Positions 56,204-64,000 of a stretch of DNA of 64,000 nt are shown piece by piece. The position numbers were made by a program, and so were the translations under genes. Below the pieces are notes generated by a model, which worked only from the letters and a program-made list of their open reading frames with translations, had not been told where the DNA came from and made no database searches. Position 1 is the stretch's first letter; the number at the start of each line of letters is the position of its first letter. This stretch comes from an uncultured Acidobacteriota bacterium (lineage in GTDB: Bacteria > Acidobacteriota > Thermoanaerobaculia > Gp7-AA8): positions 544,001-608,000 of the forward strand of contig CAWGHO010000002.1 of NCBI GenBank assembly GCA_963822445.1, in the 5' to 3' direction.

Positions 56204-58024
56204 ATGACCGCAGAATCAGCGGTTTACGCGTTCGGCCCCTACGTCCTCGATCGCCAGCGGCGCCTGCTGCTGCGCGACGGCGCGGCGGTGGCGCTCACGC
56301 CGAAAGCGTTCGATCTCCTCACGGTGCTCGTCGAGAGCGACGGCCGGCTGGTCGCGAAGGAGACGCTGATGTCCCGGCTCTGGCCGGAGACGGCAGTCGA
56401 GGAGAGCAACCTCACCTTTCAGATCTCGACGCTGCGCAAAGCTCTCGGCGACGGCCGGTACGTCGTCACAATCCCCGGCCGCGGCTATCAGTTCGCGGGG
56501 CCGGTCGCGCTCGTCGGCGAGCCGGAAACGGTCGTCGAACAGGACGAGCGGCAGGCGCGGCCCTGGCTCGCCATCGCCATCGCCGCACTGGCAATCGTCG
56601 CGATCATCGCCATCGCGGCCCTGCTGACGAGGCGGAACCCTGCACCGCCGCCTGCCCCGGGAACGCGATCGATTGCCGTGCTCCCGTTCCGGCCGATCGA
56701 CGCCTCGCATCGCGACGAGGTGCTCGAGCTGGGGATGGCCGACACGCTGATCACGAGGCTGAGCCACATCCCGACGATCGTGATCCGCCCGACGAGCGCC
56801 ATCCGCCGCTACACGGCGCTCGACGCGGATCCGCTGAAGGCTGGCCGCGAGCTCGGCGTGGACAGCGTCGTCGACGGCAGCATTCATCGCAGCGGCGAGC
56901 GGATTCGCATCACTGTCCGTCTGCTTCGAATCGCCGACGGCAAGCCGCTGTGGGCGGCGCAGTTCGACGAAAGCGTGCGAGATCTTTTCGCCGTGCAGGA
57001 TCGTGTGGCCGATGGCGTGGCGCGATCGATCGTCCCGTCGCTGTCCGGCCGCGAACAGCAGTTGCTGGCCAAGCGTCCGACGGGCGATCTCGAGGCCTAC
57101 GATCTGTATCTGAAGGGCCGCTACTCGATGGATCGCATGGACGCCGAGCGCGCCCGCGAATTCTTCGAGCGCGCCATCGAGCGTGATCCCCGATTTGCCG
57201 CGGCATGGGCGGGTGTGGCGGACACGTGGCTGATCCGCGCGAAGTTTTCGGATTCACCTCCCCACGACCAATTCGCCAAAGGTCGCGCCGCCGCGGAAAA
57301 GGCAATCGAGCTCGATCCAGAGCTCGCCGAAGCTCATACGTCGCTTGCGTCGATCTACGGCGACTACGACTGGCGCTGGGATGACGCGGAACGCGAGTAC
57401 CGGCGCGCACTGCAGCTCAATCCGAATTCCGCCATTGCTCACATGTGGTACGCCGTGCTCGCGATGCACCGGCGTAAATTCGACGTCGCGCTCGAGCACA
57501 GCGGACGCGCGGTGGAGCTCGACCCTAGCTCTTCGATGATCGGCGTCGGCCGCGGCCAATGCCTGAACTTCAGCGGACGCAGCGACGAGGCCATCCGCCA
57601 TCTCCAGCAGGTCGTCCGGCAGAATCCCGAAAACCCCGGCGCCATGCTCCACCTCGGCCTGGCCTACATGCAGGCCGGCCGGATCCAGGAGGGTGTCGAG
57701 CAGTTCCGGCACAGCTCCACGCGAACCGGTCACGCGCAGCATCGGGCGCTCTACGCGTATGCCCTGGCGACAGCCGGACAGCGCGATGAGGCTCTGCGCA
57801 TCGCTCGCGACATGGAGCAACTCAGCACTCGCGAGGACATTCCGCCGGTGAACCTGGCCCTGGCCTGGACCGCGCTCGGCGATCACGATCGCGCGTTCCA
57901 CTGGCTCGAGCGCGCATACCGCGACCACCTTTATTTATTGCGCGCGATCAACGTGATGGACGGGTACAAGCCGCTGCACTCGGATCCACGCTACGCAGAC
58001 CTGATTCGGCGCATGGGGCTTTGA
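56204..58024 (+). CDS. Winged-helix (Trans_reg_C) - TM - TolB-like - TPR one-component regulator
   Basis: LTPKAFDLL..EESNLTFQISTLRKALG..TIPGRGYQF; SIAVLPF; EAYDLYLKGR; TPR repeats; DPRYADLIRRMGL. Confidence 0.9.
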   Translation: MTAESAVYAFGPYVLDRQRRLLLRDGAAVALTPKAFDLLTVLVESDGRLVAKETLMSRLWPETAVEESNLTFQISTLRKALGDGRYVVTIPGRGYQFAGPVALVGEPETVVEQDERQARPWLAIAIAALAIVAIIAIAALLTRRNPAPPPAPGTRSIAVLPFRPIDASHRDEVLELGMADTLITRLSHIPTIVIRPTSAIRRYTALDADPLKAGRELGVDSVVDGSIHRSGERIRITVRLLRIADGKPLWAAQFDESVRDLFAVQDRVADGVARSIVPSLSGREQQLLAKRPTGDLEAYDLYLKGRYSMDRMDAERAREFFERAIERDPRFAAAWAGVADTWLIRAKFSDSPPHDQFAKGRAAAEKAIELDPELAEAHTSLASIYGDYDWRWDDAEREYRRALQLNPNSAIAHMWYAVLAMHRRKFDVALEHSGRAVELDPSSSMIGVGRGQCLNFSGRSDEAIRHLQQVVRQNPENPGAMLHLGLAYMQAGRIQEGVEQFRHSSTRTGHAQHRALYAYALATAGQRDEALRIARDMEQLSTREDIPPVNLALAWTALGDHDRAFHWLERAYRDHLYLLRAINVMDGYKPLHSDPRYADLIRRMGL

Positions 58025-58738
58025 TCAAGCGATTGCGCGCTCGGCCGCCTGAAGCTCGAACAAGCTCCTGACCGTCTCCAGTTCTGCCTCGATCGACTCC
58101 ACCGGGACGATGGATTCGATGATCACCGCGCAGCCGGGCGGGACGCGATGCGCAAGACGTCGAAATGCCATCGCCGCCAGGGTCCGAACCGGCAGATGAT
58201 CGCCCAGAGGGCCGACTTCGCTCACGTGAAGCTGCACGAGACGATCGGCGAACTCGGACAGCATGAGCAGAGCCGCGGCCATCGTCGGATCAATCTGCCG
58301 TGCATGGCCGACATCCAGGCAGAACGACGCTTCCGGAAAGCGATCGAGCAAGGTCCGCAACTCGCTGACGGTGCGGCCGGTCATTTTCCGATTGTCCATG
58401 TTCTCGATGCACAGCCGTGATCCGAAGGCCTGCCACTTCGCAGGATTGACGAGGATCTCCGGGTGCACGATGACCGGCCAGGCTTCCGGCAACTGGTTCA
58501 ACGCCGCGATCACCTCGTCCTCGGTCAGCGCGGCCAGGCTGCCCGGCGCATGGAACGAAACGTAGTCGAAGGAATCGAGATCGAGTGTCGAAAGCGCTTC
58601 AACGAGCGGCCGCAACTCAGCGTCGCGCAGGGCCGAGAGTTCGATTGCGGAGACGCCCGGTCTCGCGACCTGAAGCTGCACTCCTCGACGAAAATCGCCT
58701 TTCGCCAAAGCACCGGTCGAGAATCCGATCGGTCGCAT
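58025..58738 (-). CDS. Xylose-isomerase/AP-endonuclease-2-like TIM-barrel metalloenzyme
   Basis: IGFSTGAL, IELSALR, SFHAP, IVHP, IENMD, CLDVGH, LHVSE, DH, IIES. Confidence 0.8.
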   Translation of the reverse strand: MRPIGFSTGALAKGDFRRGVQLQVARPGVSAIELSALRDAELRPLVEALSTLDLDSFDYVSFHAPGSLAALTEDEVIAALNQLPEAWPVIVHPEILVNPAKWQAFGSRLCIENMDNRKMTGRTVSELRTLLDRFPEASFCLDVGHARQIDPTMAAALLMLSEFADRLVQLHVSEVGPLGDHLPVRTLAAMAFRRLAHRVPPGCAVIIESIVPVESIEAELETVRSLFELQAAERAIA

Positions 58739-59790
58739 CAAAAGACTCCGTATTCGCGGATCAACTCCCGCAGTCTCGGATGGGCGTCGAAGAAGAGGGC
58801 GTTCATCCCCTCGCGAAACTCCCGGCTCGTCACGCGGAGGCTGCCGTACGTCGGATCGGTCTCACTCTGCTCGAAAGGCACCTGCTGCAACGCGCCTCGT
58901 GTCTCCGGATCGATCAGCATGCGCAGGAACTCATCGTACGACGAAAAGATCTGCCGCGCGATCGTCGCATCGTTGGTCTCGAGAACGACGCGAGCAAGCA
59001 GATCCAAAGGCGCAACATTGGTCTGCTCGCCGATCAGGTTCGACAGACGAACCAGCCTCTCATGGTCATCCGTCACGCCGTCGAACGCAGGCCCCGCAAA
59101 GAGCTCTCCCGCAAACGACGCGAGCAGTCCCCACGCAAAGAGAAGCTTTCGCGAGAAGCGGAGCTTGATATTGCGAATGGCCCATCCCTCGTGATGGCGC
59201 TCCCACATCTTCGAGGCGTAGTCCGAGGCGACGGTTCTCCAATAGCGAACGACGTCGTTCACGAGAAACAGCGGCAGCGTGTGGGTCTGACCGCGCCGGA
59301 CCGACGGGTCATGGATGACGTATCGCGCGAGCACATTGCCAATCACCCGGTCGCGAATGACGTCGCCGGTGAGCGGGCGGGATTCCGACAGCAGCAGGAT
59401 GCGGCGCGTGAGGTTCTCGTTCGTGTCGCGCGTGCCTGCGATGTAGTGAACGAGCTCGTGACCGGTGACGAGCTGGCCGAAGGTGTCGGTTCTGCCAGGG
59501 GACGCGAATCCAAGTTCGAGGATACGTGCGGCGATCTTTTGCCGGATCGGACCGTGATCCGGATTGGAAAGACCGTCGACGAGCAGAATCCAGTCGACAT
59601 CGCTACTGTCGCTTGCTTCCCCCCGGCCCAGCGAGCCGGTGACGACAATCGAATAGTTCGGGTCTTCGAACTCACGCAATCCGTCACGAAGCCGTATGAG
59701 AAGGCGATCCGTCGTGTCGCGCGCCTCGAAAATCGCCGGCCATCTCTCACCCGTGCGTTCTGCAAGCTGTTCGAGCCACGTCATCGCCAT
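58738..59790 (-). CDS. Pol-beta superfamily nucleotidyltransferase (DUF294/GlnD-like NTase plus helical domain)
   Basis: VTGSLGRGEASDSSDVD signature; DTNENLTRRILLLSES; LVNDVVRYWRTVASDY; WAIRNIKLRFSRKLL. Confidence 0.85.
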   Translation of the reverse strand: MAMTWLEQLAERTGERWPAIFEARDTTDRLLIRLRDGLREFEDPNYSIVVTGSLGRGEASDSSDVDWILLVDGLSNPDHGPIRQKIAARILELGFASPGRTDTFGQLVTGHELVHYIAGTRDTNENLTRRILLLSESRPLTGDVIRDRVIGNVLARYVIHDPSVRRGQTHTLPLFLVNDVVRYWRTVASDYASKMWERHHEGWAIRNIKLRFSRKLLFAWGLLASFAGELFAGPAFDGVTDDHERLVRLSNLIGEQTNVAPLDLLARVVLETNDATIARQIFSSYDEFLRMLIDPETRGALQQVPFEQSETDPTYGSLRVTSREFREGMNALFFDAHPRLRELIREYGVF

Positions 59791-59839
59791 GGGAGTGTGC
59801 CAGAAGAGCGGCGCGACTCCACAAGAGGTAGAGGGGCTC

Positions 59840-60607
59840 TTAACGCTCGCGGGTCGTCTTCACCATCGCCACCAAAACGCGCCGAGCATCCTCGGACGAC
59901 CGCACTTCTTCGCTGAACGCGATGCGCAAGCCCTTCATCCCCTCGGCGGTGCGGGCGCGGACGACGAAGCCGAGGCGGTCGCAGGCGACCATGGTCGCCT
60001 CTTCGGCTTGCAGATTTCCGAAGTGGCGGGTGATCTCGCGAAGAGCATCGGCGTGGTCGCGGTTCATGTGCTCGATGATTCCACCCGCGGCCTCGGCCAG
60101 CGGATCCGCTTCCGCGGCCGCATACTCCTCGGCCGGCACCCAGCCCATCACGCCGAATCCGCCGACGAAGTAGATCTGGGTGACGTCGAGGCGGAAGAAG
60201 CCGAAGTCCGAGTAGGAGATCCAGTGCCGCGCGTTGGGATGGCGGTCGAGATAGGCCTGGCGCAATTCGTCGGGAACGTCGTTGATCGCGGTGACCGTGC
60301 CGAGAAGCGTGGCCCGGGCAAGGCCGAGCGGATCGCGCTCGTTGCCGCTCTGCATGACCATGAGACTCGCGCGCGGGTCGGCGAGCACGTTCTGCGTGTG
60401 AATGGCCATCCCGCTGATGAGAAAGACCGGCGCGCCGTCGCTGGTGAGCGCATACGGCATGACCGAGCCGAACGGCCATCCGGGGTGTTTCACCGATTGC
60501 GTGGAGAGTGCGCCGATGCTCTCGCGCTCGAGGAGCGTCCGGGCGCGCTCCGCGTACGTCGGCTCGGGCGCGGTCGAGGGTGGGAGGGAGGAGGCGTGCT
60601 GAGTCAT
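59840..60607 (-). CDS. HugZ-like pyridoxamine 5'-phosphate oxidase family protein with DUF2470
   Basis: GWPFGS, ISGMAIHTQN..DPRASL, RATLLG, FVGGFG, IIEHMNRDH. Confidence 0.88.
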   Translation of the reverse strand: MTQHASSLPPSTAPEPTYAERARTLLERESIGALSTQSVKHPGWPFGSVMPYALTSDGAPVFLISGMAIHTQNVLADPRASLMVMQSGNERDPLGLARATLLGTVTAINDVPDELRQAYLDRHPNARHWISYSDFGFFRLDVTQIYFVGGFGVMGWVPAEEYAAAEADPLAEAAGGIIEHMNRDHADALREITRHFGNLQAEEATMVACDRLGFVVRARTAEGMKGLRIAFSEEVRSSEDARRVLVAMVKTTRER

Positions 60608-60737
60608 GGGAGGGGGAGTATGACTCCGGAACGGGCAACGCGACACGCGATTGCCCCACGCCCATCAGTGCTCTGCGCTATCAACCTCGCACAACAGATC
60701 GCTCAGGAAACGCTCACCGTCGCCGACAATACCGGCG

Positions 60738-61649
60738 ATGCGTTTGCTGCCGCTTCTCCTGATCGTCGCCTGCACGACCGCGACGCCGGTCTCGACGACC
60801 GAGCCGTTCGTCGTCGTCCTCGGCATCGCCCAGGACGGCGGTTACCCGCAGGCCGGCTGCCGCCGTCCCGATTGCGTCGACGCGTTCGAGAGCGGGAAGC
60901 GCGAACACGTCGCGTCGCTGGGCATCGTCGATCCGCGCTCAGGTCAGCGATGGATCATCGACGCGACGCCCGACTTTCCGCGTCAACTGCATCATCTCGA
61001 ACTAACTGCAGGACCGCCTCGCGACGGTGCGCCGATCCTCGACGGCGTCCTCCTCACCCACGCCCACATCGGCCACTACCTCGGCCTGGCCCACCTCGGC
61101 CGCGAAGTCCTCGGCGCGCGACGCGTCCCGGTCTTCGCCATGCCGCGCATGCGCACGTTCCTCGAGACCAACGGTCCATGGTCGCAACTGGTGAAGCTCG
61201 AGAACATCGCGCTCACGACGCTCGAAGCCGATCGGCCCGTCGCGTTGAACGAGCGGATCAGCGTGACGGCGCTCGTCGTACCGCATCGCGACGAATTCTC
61301 GGAGACCGTCGGCTTCGTCGTGCGCGGCCCGGAGCGATCGATCCTGTGGTTGCCGGATATCGACAAATGGGAGAAGTGGTCGACGCGAATCGAAGACCTC
61401 GTCGCGTCCGTCGACGTCGCGTATCTCGACGCGACGTTCTACAGTCCGAGCGAGCTTCCGGGCCGCAATCTCGCCGAGATTCCGCATCCGACTGTCGAAG
61501 AGACGATGGCGCGTTTCGCGAGCTCGCCATCGCGGGCGAAAATTCGCTTCATTCACCTGAACCAGTCGAATCCGCTCCTGCGCGATCCGGCGCGCGTGCG
61601 ATCGGCGGGATTCAGCGTCGCGCGGGAAGGCGATCGTGAAGGACTCTAG
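60738..61649 (+). CDS. PqqB-like metallo-beta-lactamase-fold lipoprotein
   Basis: LIVAC lipobox, LGIAQDGGYPQAGC, DATPD, THAHIGH, VPHRDE, PDIDKW, IHLNQSN. Confidence 0.85.
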   Translation: MRLLPLLLIVACTTATPVSTTEPFVVVLGIAQDGGYPQAGCRRPDCVDAFESGKREHVASLGIVDPRSGQRWIIDATPDFPRQLHHLELTAGPPRDGAPILDGVLLTHAHIGHYLGLAHLGREVLGARRVPVFAMPRMRTFLETNGPWSQLVKLENIALTTLEADRPVALNERISVTALVVPHRDEFSETVGFVVRGPERSILWLPDIDKWEKWSTRIEDLVASVDVAYLDATFYSPSELPGRNLAEIPHPTVEETMARFASSPSRAKIRFIHLNQSNPLLRDPARVRSAGFSVAREGDREGL

Positions 61650-62370
61650 CAACGAAGAACGCCCGCAGGTCGAGGGGCAACTGCTGCGCATCGGCCTCTT
61701 GCAGCGCGGCCGCCGGTTCGGCGTGCCGATTCCCGATGGTCTGATGGCGGTGGTCTTCGCGCTGTCCGCGCTGATGGACTTTCTCACACCCGAACAGATC
61801 GCCAGGATCCCTTCGATGTTCTTCGAATATCGCCAGGAGCTCGTCTACGTGCTCATCGTGGAGGGCGGATTTCTGATGATGCAGGGGACGCTGGTCGACA
61901 TCGCCACGCGGCTGCGGAAGCGCCCGCCGATCTGGACGATTCCGATCATCTTGGCCGCGGTGGCCATCTTCTCCGGCCACTCGCTCGACGTTCTGAAAAT
62001 GGCGTGGGGACGCGGCGCGGTGGTCTTCCTTCCTCTCCTGATCTCACTCGCCGAGCGCGGCACGGTGCTCTGGAACATGCCCAATCGCTCGCAGATCGAG
62101 AAGCTGGCCGCCCGCGCGCTGATCGCCAATCGCATCGTCACCGGTCTGGGGCTGTTCGGTCTGATGACCCTGACCATGGTTGCCGGCGTCGCATTCAACC
62201 GCTTCGAGTGGGCGAACCTCGGCGCGTGGCCGACGCTCACTGCCGGCGCGATCTACTTCGCCGTCGCGTCGTTCGACGACTGGCGCGTGCGCGGCCGGCG
62301 ATTCGCGGAGAATCCGCGGGTGCTGTTCGGGTGGGATGTGATGGGGGTGAAAGAAATGCCGGCGTTGTGA
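61636..62370 (+). CDS. Hypothetical multi-pass membrane protein
   Basis: About 6 hydrophobic segments; overlaps the upstream gene. Confidence 0.65.
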   Translation: MKDSSNEERPQVEGQLLRIGLLQRGRRFGVPIPDGLMAVVFALSALMDFLTPEQIARIPSMFFEYRQELVYVLIVEGGFLMMQGTLVDIATRLRKRPPIWTIPIILAAVAIFSGHSLDVLKMAWGRGAVVFLPLLISLAERGTVLWNMPNRSQIEKLAARALIANRIVTGLGLFGLMTLTMVAGVAFNRFEWANLGAWPTLTAGAIYFAVASFDDWRVRGRRFAENPRVLFGWDVMGVKEMPAL

Positions 62371-62409
62371 ACGGCCACCACGGCGGTGGCCGTTCATCTT
62401 CATCGCTGC

Positions 62410-63705
62410 TTACGGCAGAACGCTATCGATCGCCGCGAATGCGTTCACGTATCCCGCGCCGACCTGATGCGGGCCGTACGACGGCATCGGCGTGGCCGTG
62501 CTCACCAGCGCGGCTTTCACCTGCGCCGGGGTCATGCTCGGCTTCGCGGACAGGAGCAACGCGGCGATGCCGGCCACCTGCGGCGTAGCCATCGAGGTGC
62601 CGCTCATGGTCGTGTAGTACGGGATCCAGGCCGGGTTGAGGTTGATGTCGGCCGGGGCGCCGAGGAGCGGCAGAACGGTGTTCAGGGCGCGGGTCGAGAC
62701 TACGTCGACGCCCGGCGCGGTGATGGTCGGCTTGTAGACCGGATCGCCGGCGATGCCGCGCGATGAGAAGTCGGCCAGCGTGGCGCCGTCCTTGTTGCCG
62801 GCCGCGACGCCGATCACCCACGGCGCGACGCTGTACGGGTTCAGGGTGTTGTCGCCGGGGCCTTCGTTGCCTGCCGCGAAAACGACCGTCATTCCCGCGT
62901 CATGCGCGGCCTTCGAGGCCACGTTCACGGGGTCGTTCGGATCGTACGCGCCGGTCGTGCCCCAGGAGTTCGAGACCACGCGGATGCCGTAACGGCTGCG
63001 ATTGGCGAGGACGTAATCGAAGCCTTCGAGCGCATAGAAGACGAAGATCGCGTCGCCGGTGCCGACGCCGACGAGATGCGCGCCGGGAGCCATGCCGGCG
63101 TGGTGCCCGCCTGACGCTGCGCCACTGCCGGCGACCGAACCGGCGCAATGCGTTCCATGACCGCTCGACGTGTCGCTGGTCGGCAGGTTCTCGACGGCCT
63201 GCACGATGTTGCTGGCCAGACCGACCGTGCCGACGATCTTCACGTTCTGGACGACCTTCGTTCCGTACGGAAGATCCTGATGCGTGCCGTCGATCCCGCT
63301 GTCGATCACGGCGACACCGACGCCGCTGCCGTCCACGCCGAAGGCCTGCCGTGCCGCGGGCGCGCCGACGACGGTGTTCGACGCGTTGTTGTAGTAGTGA
63401 AGCTGCCGGTCGAGATACAGCGAGCGGATGTTCGCTCGGCCGATGAGGCTGGCCACGCCGCCGGCCGGAATCTCCACCATGGCCATGGGCAGGTTGCGCA
63501 GGAACTGCGCGCGCGACGAGAGGGTATTGATCAGGGCCCGATCGAGCAGGCCGGGCATCGAGTTGAAGGTCACCACCACCCGCAAAGGCGCCGGCGACAG
63601 CACGTTTCCGAGTTTCGCCTGCAGGGCCGGATCGACGACCTGGGCCGGAAGATTCAGGGCAAAAATGACAACCAGAGCCGTTACAAGAGAGACGCGCAGT
63701 CGCAT
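62410..63705 (-). CDS. Secreted S8 subtilisin-like serine peptidase
   Basis: AAGGA RBS, signal/propeptide, VAVIDSG, GHGTHCAG, FAAGNEG, SGTSMATP. Confidence 0.95.
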   Translation of the reverse strand: MRLRVSLVTALVVIFALNLPAQVVDPALQAKLGNVLSPAPLRVVVTFNSMPGLLDRALINTLSSRAQFLRNLPMAMVEIPAGGVASLIGRANIRSLYLDRQLHYYNNASNTVVGAPAARQAFGVDGSGVGVAVIDSGIDGTHQDLPYGTKVVQNVKIVGTVGLASNIVQAVENLPTSDTSSGHGTHCAGSVAGSGAASGGHHAGMAPGAHLVGVGTGDAIFVFYALEGFDYVLANRSRYGIRVVSNSWGTTGAYDPNDPVNVASKAAHDAGMTVVFAAGNEGPGDNTLNPYSVAPWVIGVAAGNKDGATLADFSSRGIAGDPVYKPTITAPGVDVVSTRALNTVLPLLGAPADINLNPAWIPYYTTMSGTSMATPQVAGIAALLLSAKPSMTPAQVKAALVSTATPMPSYGPHQVGAGYVNAFAAIDSVLP

Positions 63706-63808
63706 GAAGTTCAGTTCCTTTCGAGTTGTGGTGGGGCTTGGCCGGAATGGTAGCCGTACCACTACCGCCAACTCAAGAAGAATTTTTGCCGTCAATCGGC
63801 AGGGCATT

Positions 63809-63906
63809 GGAGCGCCGGCGTCCGCGCCGGCTGGTTCGCCGGCGTCTCGCCGGCCCCGGTGCCCGCGGGACGCGGGCGCAACAGCCGCCGCGGACGGCGG
63901 CGCTCC
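63809..63906. repeat. REP-like palindromic element (GGAGCGCCG ... CGGCGCTCC)
   Basis: Terminal inverted arms with internal GC hairpins upstream of the S8 gene. Confidence 0.6.
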
Positions 63907-64000
63907 GCTAGGCCGGCCCGGCGCACACGTCGCGTAGCCACGTTTCGGCCGCGGAGTCATCGCGGGCCGAGGTCAGGAAGCGGAGCCATGCGCTCCGCTC

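Noticed and set aside
60738-61649. PQQ biosynthesis locus
   Set aside because: Only a PqqB-like fold with a lipoprotein signal; no pqqA/C/D/E nearby.
63706-63960. N-terminal extension of the S8 peptidase ORF
   Set aside because: It runs through a REP-like palindrome; the RBS and signal peptide point to ATG 63705.

Overview
A 64-kb GC-rich bacterial chromosomal segment, almost fully coding (about 55 genes). The gene repertoire suggests a soil Acidobacteriota, probably Thermoanaerobaculia-like (inference): Ser/Thr kinase-TolB propeller, wHTH-TolB-TPR regulator, carboxypeptidase-regulatory-domain proteins, and a ScyD/ScyE protein with a C-terminal appendage. Main content: (1) an otsA-otsB trehalose operon with a two-component system and a GT4, opposite an MpgP-like HAD protein that has lost its catalytic residues; (2) secreted Cys-rich proteins, a kinase and an MMPL transporter; (3) a closely packed CheB/CheR hybrid kinase -> small CxxC protein -> DUF3494 ice-binding protein -> TonB-dependent receptor operon; (4) a heavily frameshifted GT4/GH130 pair, an RRM protein with a structured leader, and a multi-kinase phosphorelay; (5) desaturase, Sat/CysC, flavin amine oxidase, M13 and S8 peptidases, and VapBC; (6) a 900-bp islet flanked by 39-bp direct repeats; (7) an uncharacterised nucleotidyltransferase + TIM-barrel gene pair, the best candidate for an undescribed defence or nucleotide-signalling system. 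Several REP-like palindromes and one nested octamer-repeat palindrome lie at gene junctions. I saw no rRNA, tRNA, CRISPR array, integrase or transposase. All family calls come from motif recognition by eye, not from database searches.
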